This document shows positions 28,430-38,102 of a stretch of 64,000 nucleotides of DNA, in pieces. The stretch is from Flavobacteriales bacterium (lineage in GTDB: Bacteria; Bacteroidota; Bacteroidia; Palsa-965). The translations under genes were made by a program, and so were the position numbers. A model generated the notes under the pieces. That model was given only the letters and a program-made list of their open reading frames with translations. It was not told the origin of the DNA and ran no database searches. Positions within the stretch are counted from its first letter, which is position 1, and each line of letters begins with the position of its first letter. The stretch covers positions 160,001 through 224,000 of the forward strand of contig JBEIPA010000005.1 in assembly GCA_040377305.1 (NCBI GenBank), read 5' to 3'.

Positions 28430-28846
28430 ATGCAGAGTGTTTTCACTGATAAAATCCACAAACCGTCAAACAAAGACTTAGAGCACGCACTTGGTAAAAC
28501 ATCTGCGTTGTGGAGTCACATTGTGCAGTTCACGGAAGGAGAGTATCCCGGAGCTGTATCAGAGTGGAATTATCCCGGAGCGAAATACGGATGGAGCTTT
28601 CGGATTAAAGACAAAAAAAGAGTGATCATTTATCTGTTGCCCCGTGCTGGCTTTTTCAAATGCGCTTTGGTATTTGGCGATAAAGCTCTTGCGTTAATCT
28701 TTGCCGGTGATATTTCGGAAGCTATAAAAGACGAACTACGTAGTGCGAAAAAATATGCGGAAGGAACCGGCGTGCGAATTGACGTAAGAAAGAAATCGGA
28801 CCTCAAGGATATTCTTAAATTGATCCAGATCAAACTTTCTGTATAA
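28430..28846 (+). CDS. DUF3788 family protein
   Basis: EWNYPGAKYGWSFRIKDKKR, YLLP, YAEGTG. Confidence 0.75.
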   Translation: MQSVFTDKIHKPSNKDLEHALGKTSALWSHIVQFTEGEYPGAVSEWNYPGAKYGWSFRIKDKKRVIIYLLPRAGFFKCALVFGDKALALIFAGDISEAIKDELRSAKKYAEGTGVRIDVRKKSDLKDILKLIQIKLSV

Positions 28847-28854
28847 TACATCTG

Positions 28855-29796
28855 ATGAAGCGCACGAAATCTAAACCCATTCTGGATTGGCTACTCGAAG
28901 GAGATGTAGCCATACAATATCAGGTCGAACGTGACTTGCTGGGAAAGGATAACAGAGCGAAACAGAAACAGATTGCTCTTGAAGGATGGGGCAAACGATT
29001 TCTTTCTAAACGAAAAGCCAACGGCCATTGGGGAGAAAGTTTTTACCAACCAAAATGGATATCGACACATTATACATTGTTGGATCTGCGGAACCTCAAT
29101 ATTGCTTCGAATAATCCCATCATTCATCAAAGTCTCAAACAAGTTCTGAATACCTGCCGCTCTGAAGATGGTGGTATTCAGCTGGGACCTTCTACGGCGG
29201 TGCAAAGTGATGTATGTGTGAATGGCATGTTTCTGAACTATGCTTCATACTTTAGAATGAGTGAGAAACAACTCGAGCCTTTGGTCGACGTCCTGCTCAA
29301 AGAAATTATGCCCGACGGTGGGTTCAATTGCAGAACAGCCGCGTCAGGTTCTACGCATAGTTCATTGCATTCTACGATATCAGTGCTGGAAGGTCTGCAC
29401 GAATTTCAGAAGAAGGGTTATACCTACCGAAAAAAGGAAATTCAGAATGCGAAAACGAGTGCAGAAGAATTCATTCTGATGCATCGGTTGTTTCTTTCAG
29501 ACAGGACTGGTCAGATCATCAGTCAATCTTTTCTGCGGTTGAGTTATCCGTGCAGGTGGAAATATGACATTCTTCGGGCGCTTGACTACTTTCAATACGC
29601 AGGTCGAAAGTGGGATAACCGCATGGAAGATGCAATTCAAATCCTTCTCAAAAAGAAAAATGAAGATGGCAGCTGGAGTCAGCAGGCCATGCATCCCGGA
29701 GAAGTTCACTTTCAAATGGAGAAACCCGGATCTCCTGGCAGATGGAATACACTGCGTGCATTACGTGTGTTCAAACACTTTTCAATTGAACACTAA
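28855..29796 (+). CDS. Hypothetical protein with prenyltransferase/squalene-cyclase-like alpha-barrel repeats
   Basis: WLLEGD, YQPKWISTHYTL, DGGFNC, YP.RW.YDILRAL, DGSW, RWNTLRA. Confidence 0.65.
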   Translation: MKRTKSKPILDWLLEGDVAIQYQVERDLLGKDNRAKQKQIALEGWGKRFLSKRKANGHWGESFYQPKWISTHYTLLDLRNLNIASNNPIIHQSLKQVLNTCRSEDGGIQLGPSTAVQSDVCVNGMFLNYASYFRMSEKQLEPLVDVLLKEIMPDGGFNCRTAASGSTHSSLHSTISVLEGLHEFQKKGYTYRKKEIQNAKTSAEEFILMHRLFLSDRTGQIISQSFLRLSYPCRWKYDILRALDYFQYAGRKWDNRMEDAIQILLKKKNEDGSWSQQAMHPGEVHFQMEKPGSPGRWNTLRALRVFKHFSIEH

Positions 29797-29818
29797 AGTC
29801 GCTCTGGAAATTCTGCAC

Positions 29819-29855
29819 ATGATTGTTATCAGTACCCCAGCATGATTTTCAGCAT
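29819..29855 (+). promoter_or_regulatory. Two ATGAT-N4-ATCAT-like (CRP/FNR-type) boxes
   Basis: ATGATTGTTATCAG and ATGATTTTCAGCAT; the second ends 22 nt before TAGCTTTG (29878-29885). Confidence 0.5.
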
Positions 29856-29892
29856 CTGTCAACAAATCAAGCTTGCTTAGCTTTGATGTGCA

Positions 29893-30600
29893 ATGGCACA
29901 ACTCACGATCGACAATTATCTGGATCCGCATTATATACACCGCAGCAATTGGCTGAGGGCAGCGGTTCTTGGAGCCAACGACGGAATAATTTCAATTTCG
30001 AGTATCGCAATTGGCTTGGCCGCCGCAACAACAACGCGTGAGCCTATCGTGCTCGCAACTGTGGCGGGACTCGTTGCAGGAGCATTGTCTATGGCCGCAG
30101 GCGAATACGTATCGGTGAGCTCGCAGACTGATACGGAAAAAGCCGACATTGAAAGAGAAGCTGCAGAACTTAAAGCAATGCCCGAAGAAGAATTAGCAAT
30201 CCTTGCTGTGATTTATGAAAAAAGAGGATTGAAAAAGGAAACAGCACTTCAGGTTGCAAAAGAGTTAACCGACAAAGATGCACTTGCTGCTCATGTAAGA
30301 GATGAGTTGGGTATCAATGAAATTACAAGTGCAAAACCTATTCAGGCGGCATTCGCGTCCGGGGCTGCATTCACTGTGGGTGGAATCTTGCCATTACTCG
30401 TTGTATTGTTCACTCCAGTACGGGGAATGGAATATACATTGTACGGTTCTTCAATCGTTTCACTGATCGTCCTGGGTGTCATCTCCGCGAAAACCGGTGG
30501 ATCAGGCATGATGAAAGCAATCATGCGCATTACCATCTGGGGTACTGTGGCCATGGGACTGACTGCGTTGGTTGGATATCTGTTTGGGGTTGCGGTGTAG
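29893..30600 (+). CDS. VIT1/CCC1 family Fe/Mn transporter
   Basis: WLRAAVLGANDG, AGALSMAAGEYVSVSSQ. Confidence 0.95.
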   Translation: MAQLTIDNYLDPHYIHRSNWLRAAVLGANDGIISISSIAIGLAAATTTREPIVLATVAGLVAGALSMAAGEYVSVSSQTDTEKADIEREAAELKAMPEEELAILAVIYEKRGLKKETALQVAKELTDKDALAAHVRDELGINEITSAKPIQAAFASGAAFTVGGILPLLVVLFTPVRGMEYTLYGSSIVSLIVLGVISAKTGGSGMMKAIMRITIWGTVAMGLTALVGYLFGVAV

Positions 30601-30750
30601 TTCAAGCAACTTGCATAGAAAAGAACCCTAAATTATTGCGGATGAAAGTAATCGTGTTTCCTGAACGCGCTGTACTGATTGCATGAAAGAATGCCGTAAT
30701 GCTGAATCAACATCTTACCGACCGCTGCGCGCAAAGCATCATGAGAATTA

Positions 30751-30764
30751 ATGATTCCGATCAT
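30751..30764 (+). promoter_or_regulatory. ATGAT-N4-ATCAT (CRP/FNR-type) box
   Basis: ATGATTCCGATCAT ends 22 nt before CACATTTG (30787-30794). Confidence 0.5.
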
Positions 30765-30805
30765 TTTTAAAATGTGAAAACTACTGCACATTTGAAAAAA
30801 AATAC

Positions 30806-31300
30806 ATGGATCAGGCTCACATTCATCTATTGATCACCCACCTCGCCATACTAGGCTCTCTGTTAGGCGGATTTGTTTTAGTCCATGGAATTTGGACTCG
30901 TAGTTCACAAACCAAAATAGCGGCTTACAATCTTTTGATTCTCGCTGCAATTGGTGGAACTGTTGCCTACTTAACCGGTGAAGGTGCCGAAGAGGCGGTA
31001 GAAAACATTCCGGGAGTTGCGGAAAGTTTGATTGAGCAACATGAAGAATCTGCAATCTACGCTTTGGTCTCCCTGATTATTCTTGGTGCTGCCGCGCTCA
31101 TCGGGCTATACGTTACATTAAAGAAATCAGCGATGACCCGAACGGTTGCTATTGCAATATTGTTGATCTCGCTAATCAGTTTTGGCTTTGCCGCACGAAC
31201 CGGTTATCTGGGTGGACAAATCCGACATTCAGAAATCAACTCCGGTTCAACTCCTGCCCAGCCAAATGGCGAAACCGGCGATGAGCAAGAAGATGACTGA
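30806..31300 (+). CDS. Four-helix membrane protein (DUF2231-like, with His residues that could bind haem)
   Basis: HIHLLITHL, AYLTG, IEQHEE, GYLGGQIRH. Confidence 0.65.
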   Translation: MDQAHIHLLITHLAILGSLLGGFVLVHGIWTRSSQTKIAAYNLLILAAIGGTVAYLTGEGAEEAVENIPGVAESLIEQHEESAIYALVSLIILGAAALIGLYVTLKKSAMTRTVAIAILLISLISFGFAARTGYLGGQIRHSEINSGSTPAQPNGETGDEQEDD

Positions 31301-31422
31301 TTGCTTGCGAATTAAATGGTCCGTTCCGCACCCTGGCTTCGCGGCCAGCCAGTTTCACTGGAGTTCAGAAATCGCATCTGAAGATTAAACGTAACTTCAC
31401 CCTGAATTAATCATCTACAATC

Positions 31423-31764
31423 ATGTCCGATCCACGCTGCCCAAAATGCAATTACGAATACACTTACCACAATGGAACCGTTCAGGTTTGCACCGACTGT
31501 GATCACCAGTGGGATCCGAATGCAGTTGTAGCTGAAGAAGCAGCTCCTTCCAACAAAGTTCTTGATATGAACGGAAACGAGCTGGTTGATGGAGACACCA
31601 TTGTTGTGATGAAAGATCTACCTGTGAAAGGTGCACTCAGACCAGTGAAAGCCGGAACGAAAGTGAAGAATATCAAACTCGTTGAAGGCGATCACAACAT
31701 CAGCTGTAAGATTGATGGATTTGGGAGTATGGGATTGAAGTCGGAGTTTGTGAAGAAAGCCTGA
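31423..31764 (+). CDS. yjdM: Zinc-ribbon protein, YjdM/PhnA family
   Basis: [40 protein letters not shown]. Confidence 0.9.
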   Translation: MSDPRCPKCNYEYTYHNGTVQVCTDCDHQWDPNAVVAEEAAPSNKVLDMNGNELVDGDTIVVMKDLPVKGALRPVKAGTKVKNIKLVEGDHNISCKIDGFGSMGLKSEFVKKA

Positions 31765-31809
31765 TGATCCGATGAGTCGATGATTCAAAGTATTCATTAG
31801 CTTAGTTCT

Positions 31810-31989
31810 ATGCCATTAACACTCAAGGACGGAGACAACTGCACTGTAACTGCAGGAACTCACACAGGAAAATCCGGAAAAGTGAGCGATATCAATACCA
31901 GCAAAACGGGCGCGGTGACCATTACCGTTACCCAGAAAAGCGGAGTCCGGTTTAAGACGCTTGCAAAGAATGTTGAAGTAAAATCATAA
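31810..31989 (+). CDS. Small KOW-motif protein (59 aa; below the ORF-track cutoff)
   Basis: Manual translation MPLTLKDGDNCTVTAGTHTGKSGKVSDINTSKTGAVTITVTQKSGVRFKTLAKNVEVKS; GD...V..G...GK.G.V is a KOW pattern. Confidence 0.8.
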   Translation: MPLTLKDGDNCTVTAGTHTGKSGKVSDINTSKTGAVTITVTQKSGVRFKTLAKNVEVKS

Positions 31990-32018
31990 TTTGAGTTCAA
32001 GAGTAACGCTGATGCTCT

Positions 32019-32873
32019 ATGAAATCTATTCCGGTAAGAAATATCAAATCCGCCGAATCTCAAAATGCGCATGGCTTGAAGATTCGGACATTGCATTCTC
32101 TGCTGGACGGAAGCGACTTGTTTCATCATTTGCACCGGCACGATTACTACTACATACTCTTAATTGAGAAAGCGAAAGGCGAACATGAAATTGATTTCGT
32201 CACCTATTCTCTGAATACTGATCGCATCTTTCTGCTAAAACCGGGACAAGTTCACCAGCTGAAAGTCAGCAAAGGTGGCAAGGGCTTCATTGTTCAGTTT
32301 GCGAATGAATTAACAAGTGAGTTTAACGCATCGCAACTTCAATCGTTAAGAACTGTATTTCACAATTCTGTTTACGATCTTACAAAATCGCAAGCCAGTC
32401 ATCTAAAGGCGATTTTTGAGTTGATGCTGGGTGAGTATACTTCTCAGGAAGAACAATACGTTGAAATTATTAAGTCGCATCTTCTTACGGCAATCCTGCA
32501 TCTGCTCAGAGTTGTAAAGGGAAACAGAACTTCCACATCACAAAGCTCTTTCAGCCAGGAAAAATTAGAACAACTCCAGGTTTTGATGGAAAAACACATT
32601 GTAACGCTGAAGAAAACCAGCGACTATGCGCAACTCCTGCACTTGTCGGATTACCAATTGAATTCCATTACCAAATCTCTCCTTGGAAAGAATTGCAGCG
32701 AAGTGATCAATGAATATGTTATTCTCGAAGCGAAAAGGTATTTGCTTGCGACCACGAACCAGGTCAGTCAGATTGCGGATACGCTGGGTTTCGACGATCC
32801 GGCTTATTTCATCCGGTTCTTCAAGAAGCATGTGGGTGTGACTCCCGACTCCTTCCGTAAAACTTCCCAATAG
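32019..32873 (+). CDS. AraC family transcriptional regulator
   Basis: Cupin motifs HRHDYY and PGQVH; HTH region IADTLGFDDPAYFIRFFKK. Confidence 0.95.
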   Translation: MKSIPVRNIKSAESQNAHGLKIRTLHSLLDGSDLFHHLHRHDYYYILLIEKAKGEHEIDFVTYSLNTDRIFLLKPGQVHQLKVSKGGKGFIVQFANELTSEFNASQLQSLRTVFHNSVYDLTKSQASHLKAIFELMLGEYTSQEEQYVEIIKSHLLTAILHLLRVVKGNRTSTSQSSFSQEKLEQLQVLMEKHIVTLKKTSDYAQLLHLSDYQLNSITKSLLGKNCSEVINEYVILEAKRYLLATTNQVSQIADTLGFDDPAYFIRFFKKHVGVTPDSFRKTSQ

Positions 32874-32964
32874 TACAATCACACTTCATTTTTATCCTAT
32901 TCCCCTCTGGAATAGTAGAAATAATTTTGCCTCAACAAAACAAAGTTGAACCTAAAGCAAGATT

Positions 32965-33204
32965 ATGAAAACGAAAATGAAACTTATCGCAGCTGCCAAA
33001 ATATGGGCAGTGATCTATCCCTCAATCACACTATTTCTCTATTTGTTCGGAGAGCCGCTATCTCCGCTTCCACTCTACCAGAGAACGTTGATCATCACCA
33101 TTGCCTTGGTTCCATGGATGGTGTTTCTGGGAATTCCATTTGTCGATCTCATACTGAAGAGTATCTCCGGCAATTCGCAAGAACAGAAACGAAACACGAA
33201 CTAA
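32965..33204 (+). CDS. Small two-helix membrane protein
   Basis: WAVIYPSIT...LPLYQRTLIITIALVPWM. Confidence 0.7.
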   Translation: MKTKMKLIAAAKIWAVIYPSITLFLYLFGEPLSPLPLYQRTLIITIALVPWMVFLGIPFVDLILKSISGNSQEQKRNTN

Positions 33205-33207
33205 AAG

Positions 33208-34209
33208 TTGAACCGGAGAAATTTCATACGAGTAAGTGGTCTCGCCATTACAAGTGCAGCGCTGTTACCCGTCCAGATTCTAGCCGCAAATCATACCCAA
33301 ATGAAAACAGAGAAGGAATATGACGTCGTAATTATAGGAGGCAGTTATTCAGGACTATCAGCAGCACTGGCACTGGCGAGATCCTTAAGGAATATACTCA
33401 TCATCGATAGTGGCAGTCCTTGTAACGCTGTTGTGAGTTACTCCCACAATTTTCTGACTCATGATGGTGAGTCCCCGGCAACTCTCGCCCGTGTTTCCCG
33501 TGAACAAGTGCTGAAATACGAAAATGTAGAATTCCATCGTGGGCAGGCAAACAGTATTGTATCTCAGTCCGGAAAGTATCGCGTACTCACCACTACCGGC
33601 CAATCATTTACCTGCAAAAAACTCGTATTCGCAACAGGAATAATAGACATTCTGCCTCCGATTCCGGGCATCAATGAATGCTGGGGAAAAACGGTTTTGC
33701 ATTGTCCGTATTGCCATGGATTTGAGGTGAAAGGTAAAACAACCGCTGTGCTAGCCACCTCTGAACAAGCATTTGAATATGTGATGCTACTTACAAATTG
33801 GACCGACCGCTTACATGTAATCACCAACGGCACGTCTCCCTTCAGCGAAATTCAGCAGCACCTGTTAGCAAAGCACAACGTACAGGTGCATGTTGAACCA
33901 CTTGTCGCACTCAACCACAACGCGGGCCAGTTACAGTCAATACAATTTGCAGACGGCACTTCTTTCTCCACGGATGTTCTGTACACGAGAATGCCGTTCC
34001 TCCAAAAATGTGCGCTGCCACAGGAACTTGGTTGCGCGATTGATACTCAGGGTTACATCATCACAGATGCCTCTGGAAAAACCAATGTTGCCGGAATTTA
34101 TGCGTGCGGTGACAATACAAGTAAAAACAGAACTATTTCAAACGCAGTAGCCATGGGCACGAATGCAGGCATGGCAATAAACAAAGAGCTTACCGTTGAA
34201 TCCTACTAA
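33208..34209 (+). CDS. Thioredoxin-reductase-like FAD oxidoreductase with putative Tat signal
   Basis: TTG start, NRRNFI plus hydrophobic stretch; IIGGSYSGL, ATG, HCPYCHG, GIYACGD. An alternative ATG start lies at 33301. Confidence 0.88.
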   Translation: MNRRNFIRVSGLAITSAALLPVQILAANHTQMKTEKEYDVVIIGGSYSGLSAALALARSLRNILIIDSGSPCNAVVSYSHNFLTHDGESPATLARVSREQVLKYENVEFHRGQANSIVSQSGKYRVLTTTGQSFTCKKLVFATGIIDILPPIPGINECWGKTVLHCPYCHGFEVKGKTTAVLATSEQAFEYVMLLTNWTDRLHVITNGTSPFSEIQQHLLAKHNVQVHVEPLVALNHNAGQLQSIQFADGTSFSTDVLYTRMPFLQKCALPQELGCAIDTQGYIITDASGKTNVAGIYACGDNTSKNRTISNAVAMGTNAGMAINKELTVESY

Positions 34210-34222
34210 CAACAAAGACAAA

Positions 34223-34927
34223 ATGAAAAACCCTACAACAATTAAAGACATCAGAACGTACGCATTAGGAATATTCTTCATCGCGGCAACAACCACTTCC
34301 ATTATCGGACTTCTCAAATACCAACCGGTTTTCGACGCCGCACTCACAGCCACATCACTTTCCGGATATGCCAGCCAATTTCGACTGGGCGCTTTCTTCG
34401 AGTTCCTCCTTATGGCTGCAAATGTTGGAACAGCCGTTATGTTGTTTCCATTTCTTTCAACCACGAACCGGAGTTGGGGAATTGCTTATGCCGCATTTCG
34501 CTTAATGGAAGTAGTGTTCATCGGAATCGGCGCATTGGCTATGCTCGTATTGTCTTCCCAGCTTAGTGCAGGTGTTGATACCAATCAATCCGGCTTAACC
34601 GAAGTTGTCCGCACAATTTACAAATGGACTATGATTTCCGGACCCCACTTTATGCTTGGAATCAATACCGCGATCTACAGCACATACATGTACCGCCAAC
34701 GTATGATTCCAAAAGGCATTGCTTTGCTTGGAATGATCGGCGCAGTCCTCATTTTCGGCAACGCCATTGCAGAAATCTTTCAGGTACGCGATGCATTCTC
34801 AACTGCTACATTCATTACCGCTTTCCCGATTGCAATTTTTGAAATGATTCTTGCCGTATGGATTATACTAAAAGGACTAAACGTTCCGCTTAACAAAATG
34901 GTCACTGAACGTGCAGAGTCAGCCTAA
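34223..34927 (+). CDS. DUF4386 family membrane protein
   Basis: Multiple transmembrane helices; FRLMEVV, IPKGIA, FEMILAVWIILKG. Confidence 0.75.
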   Translation: MKNPTTIKDIRTYALGIFFIAATTTSIIGLLKYQPVFDAALTATSLSGYASQFRLGAFFEFLLMAANVGTAVMLFPFLSTTNRSWGIAYAAFRLMEVVFIGIGALAMLVLSSQLSAGVDTNQSGLTEVVRTIYKWTMISGPHFMLGINTAIYSTYMYRQRMIPKGIALLGMIGAVLIFGNAIAEIFQVRDAFSTATFITAFPIAIFEMILAVWIILKGLNVPLNKMVTERAESA

Positions 34928-34953
34928 CAATCATGCACCGTGTACAACCTTCC

Positions 34954-34982
34954 AAAGCCGTCATGCTCGATGACGGCTTTTT
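34954..34982 (+). terminator. Intrinsic terminator
   Basis: AAAGCCGTCAT-GCTCG-ATGACGGCTTT followed by TTCTT. Confidence 0.75.
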
Positions 34983-35010
34983 CTTATCTTGAAATCCAAA
35001 TTCATGCATC

Positions 35011-35523
35011 ATGCCAAAGAAAAAAGCTAAGCCGGCAAAAAAAGCTGCGAAGAAAACGGTAGCGAAAAAAGCTGCAAAGAAATCTGCTCCAAAAAAAGCC
35101 ACTCCAAAACCGAAGAAAGCAGTAATCAAGACTACTGAATCTTCAGCGAGCGCAGAGAAATTCCTCAACACAATTTCCGACGCGCAAAAACGCGCTGACA
35201 GTTTTACTATTGTAAAAATGATGGAGAAGGCTTCGGGTGCTAAAGCGAAAATGTGGGGTAATGCAATTATCGGATTCGGAAACAAAGTGTATACCAGCCC
35301 TGCGACCGGCCGACAAGTAGATTGGTTTTATGTAGGTTTCTCTCCGCGTAAGGCGAATCTTACTTTGTATCTCACTGTTGGACTTGGTGTTTTTCCGGCT
35401 GAGCTGAAAAAACTAGGTAAACATAAAACCGGTGGTGGCTGTCTTTACATCAATAAGTTGAGTGATGTAGATGTGAAAGTGTTGCAGACCATGATTGACA
35501 ACGCTGTAAAGAAGAATAAATAG
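35011..35523 (+). CDS. DUF1801 (YdhG-like) protein with K/A/P-rich N-terminal tail
   Basis: KMWGNAIIGFG, GFSPRK, LGKHKTG.GCLYINKL; N-terminal KKAAKK repeats. Confidence 0.85.
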   Translation: MPKKKAKPAKKAAKKTVAKKAAKKSAPKKATPKPKKAVIKTTESSASAEKFLNTISDAQKRADSFTIVKMMEKASGAKAKMWGNAIIGFGNKVYTSPATGRQVDWFYVGFSPRKANLTLYLTVGLGVFPAELKKLGKHKTGGGCLYINKLSDVDVKVLQTMIDNAVKKNK

Positions 35524-35541
35524 TTCTCGATTGTCACATAG

Positions 35542-36042
35542 ATGCAAGTAACATCCGTTCAGCTTGAGCAAGGTTCACCGCTTCGATTGACGTGCTATAC
35601 GAAGGGCACGCCACTCATTATACGAGTCATTCTGGGCACACTTGCTTCACTTGCTTTTCTTGCTCCGGTTGTTGTACTGGTTTTAATGCTCGCGTCCGGA
35701 GAAGGATTTAAAATTAGGATCGTCGTTTCCTTTCTGATCATGTGGTCTATTGGAATGTACCTCACACGGATGGTACTCTGGAACTCCTTCGGCAAGGAAA
35801 TTATTGAATTCCATAGCGACAAACTGCACTATTGCTGTGACTACAAATACTTTCAAGGTAATCAGCAGGATATTGGAAGAGATCATTTGCTAATTGCAAT
35901 AGTTCCTGTCAGCGAAACGGAGCAAACGAGTAAACTGCATTTCACTAACGGACATGAAACAATTGAAATGGTTTTACCGATTCCCGAATTGGAGTTGATT
36001 CCGATAAAAGCACGACTCGCCCAAATTCTAAACCGCATTTAA
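35542..36042 (+). CDS. Hypothetical membrane protein
   Basis: Two transmembrane helices followed by LWNSFGKEII. Confidence 0.65.
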   Translation: MQVTSVQLEQGSPLRLTCYTKGTPLIIRVILGTLASLAFLAPVVVLVLMLASGEGFKIRIVVSFLIMWSIGMYLTRMVLWNSFGKEIIEFHSDKLHYCCDYKYFQGNQQDIGRDHLLIAIVPVSETEQTSKLHFTNGHETIEMVLPIPELELIPIKARLAQILNRI

Positions 36043-36119
36043 ACGCTCACTCCAAGCCCACAACCCGCGAACAAAAACCACCGCATTGGTAATCTCACTC
36101 CCCGGCATTAACTTTGCGC

Positions 36120-36659
36120 ATGATTAAACTGCTGACGACTGGAATTCTATTTCTCAGTTGCATCTCTCTTTCATTTTCACAATCTACGCGCCCTGCGCAA
36201 TTCATTGGAATTAATCCAAGCGTGACTATTGAGCCGTATTATGAAAAAGGCGAGCTCGATGTAAACATTGTTCCTGTAGTGTATCAGCTCAGCGTTGCCA
36301 AGCGTGTTGATTTGCGCATGACCAGTATTCTCAATCTCGGAATCCGGAAAAACGGAAACGAAATCAGTCACTGGGGGCTTGAAGCTGCCGCCCCGATTTA
36401 TTTCAGAGCCAAAGAAAGCAAAACTGAATTTTCAAAAGGATTCTTCGCTGCACCTGTATTAAGTTTTACGCGCAATAATTCTGCAAACCATTATAACATC
36501 GGCGTGTGGGCAGAACCGGGATATCATTTGCTTTTTGAAAACTCGTTTGCGTTTTCCTTCGGACTTCAGGTGGGAGCAACATATTTCATGTACGACAATG
36601 ATGAACAGAAGTGGGGAAATCATTTTGGGGCGAAGGTTGTTTTTGGGAAATGGTTTTAA
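36120..36659 (+). CDS. Small outer-membrane beta-barrel protein
   Basis: Signal peptide, amphipathic strands, C-terminal FGKWF. Confidence 0.7.
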   Translation: MIKLLTTGILFLSCISLSFSQSTRPAQFIGINPSVTIEPYYEKGELDVNIVPVVYQLSVAKRVDLRMTSILNLGIRKNGNEISHWGLEAAAPIYFRAKESKTEFSKGFFAAPVLSFTRNNSANHYNIGVWAEPGYHLLFENSFAFSFGLQVGATYFMYDNDEQKWGNHFGAKVVFGKWF

Positions 36660-36687
36660 CTACATCTATTAGGCATATCTTCCATCA

Positions 36688-37263
36688 ATGAAACCAACCT
36701 TCTTCTCTACCCCATCCGCATTACGCAAATGGCTCGAGAAAAATCACACTTCGAAAAAGGAAATTATTGTTGGCTACTATAAAGTGGGAAGCGGAAAAGC
36801 AAATATGTCGTGGAGTGAATCTGTTGATCAAGCTTTGTGTTTCGGGTGGATTGACGGTGTGCGAAGAACAATAGACGATGAGAGTTATTGCATTCGGTTT
36901 ACCCCCAGAAAGTCAACCAGCATTTGGAGTGCAGTCAACATAAAGAAAATCAAAGAGCTTTCCGAAAAGGGACTGATGCACAAAGCAGGACTTGAAGCAT
37001 TTGCAAAGCGTACAGAAAGCAAATCGAAGATCTATTCGCACGAAAAACCCGCGGATGCGTTGTCTGATGTGTACGAGAAAAAACTCAAGGCGAACAGGAA
37101 AGCCTGGAAGTATTTTCAAACCTTAGCACCCGGATACAAGAAACTTTCCATTCACTGGATTATGGGTGCCAAGCAGGAGAAAACCCAGTTAATCCGGTTG
37201 CAAACGATCATCGATCAAAGTGCGGCCGGTACGAATCCATGGAAAGATCACAAGTACAAATGA
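36688..37263 (+). CDS. YdeI/OmpD-associated family protein
   Basis: LRKWLEKNH, ALCFGWIDG, RFTPRK..S.WS, WIMGAKQEKT. Confidence 0.9.
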   Translation: MKPTFFSTPSALRKWLEKNHTSKKEIIVGYYKVGSGKANMSWSESVDQALCFGWIDGVRRTIDDESYCIRFTPRKSTSIWSAVNIKKIKELSEKGLMHKAGLEAFAKRTESKSKIYSHEKPADALSDVYEKKLKANRKAWKYFQTLAPGYKKLSIHWIMGAKQEKTQLIRLQTIIDQSAAGTNPWKDHKYK

Positions 37264-37283
37264 GCGTTCAATCCTCTTAGCTG

Positions 37284-37703
37284 ATGAAAAAGATTTGGTG
37301 TGCCTTGTTGCTGTTGGTCGTTTGTGTGGGCTTCACAGAACCACCGCAGATTCAATACGACGGTGTTTACGCATGTAAAGGCAACGGGTACGTTTCCTAT
37401 CTGCGATTTTACGAATCGGGTGATGTGCTCAAAGCTTCTTCCACCGGTAACGTAGAAGACCTTAAGAACTGGATGTGTCTCGACACATTCATGCTTCATG
37501 ATTGGCATTCGAGAGGTGGTTTCAGGATCAAGGAGAACAGCGCAATCTCATTCGCGACCACAAGTTCGGCAGGAACCGTTGAATATTCTGGTGTGATTGA
37601 AAACGATAGTACCCTTCACCTTTTCGAACACAGTCTGATCAATGATCATCGCAGCGAAAAAACTTACCACTATATTCCCGTTGAAGAGTGGAAAAAGAAA
37701 TAG
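37284..37703 (+). CDS. Hypothetical secreted protein
   Basis: Signal-like N-terminus; DGVY and YLRFY motifs. Confidence 0.6.
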   Translation: MKKIWCALLLLVVCVGFTEPPQIQYDGVYACKGNGYVSYLRFYESGDVLKASSTGNVEDLKNWMCLDTFMLHDWHSRGGFRIKENSAISFATTSSAGTVEYSGVIENDSTLHLFEHSLINDHRSEKTYHYIPVEEWKKK

Positions 37704-37709
37704 CGTACA

Positions 37710-38075
37710 ATGCACACCGAAATATTTTCTTCCTTCCGAAAACAAATATCCACTAAGGTTCAGCGCTACCTGGAGGATATCCGCATCTACACCAAACCGG
37801 AGTTTGCAGAACAGAGCGAGTGGATCTCCGCAAAGTTTCGCTTCGGCGATAAAACACTATCCTTCAGCATCAGTCTCCACCACCTCGATTACCGCGACGG
37901 AATAAGTGTTTCCCTCGATTCCAAATTCGGAAAGAAGTGGCTGAGAAGTGAAGTAGGTCATGCATCATCTGTCCATGTTCCTCCGTATGGCTACAGCGTC
38001 CCTGAAATGAATGCGCAATTCGATCGTATCATCAAGGATATGAAATTGCATTTTGAAAAGTATTTGCTGGTTTAA
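37710..38075 (+). CDS. Hypothetical protein
   Basis: 121-aa ORF tightly packed between co-oriented genes. Confidence 0.55.
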   Translation: MHTEIFSSFRKQISTKVQRYLEDIRIYTKPEFAEQSEWISAKFRFGDKTLSFSISLHHLDYRDGISVSLDSKFGKKWLRSEVGHASSVHVPPYGYSVPEMNAQFDRIIKDMKLHFEKYLLV

Positions 38076-38102
38076 TTTAGCATCACAAGTAATAATAATC
38101 TT

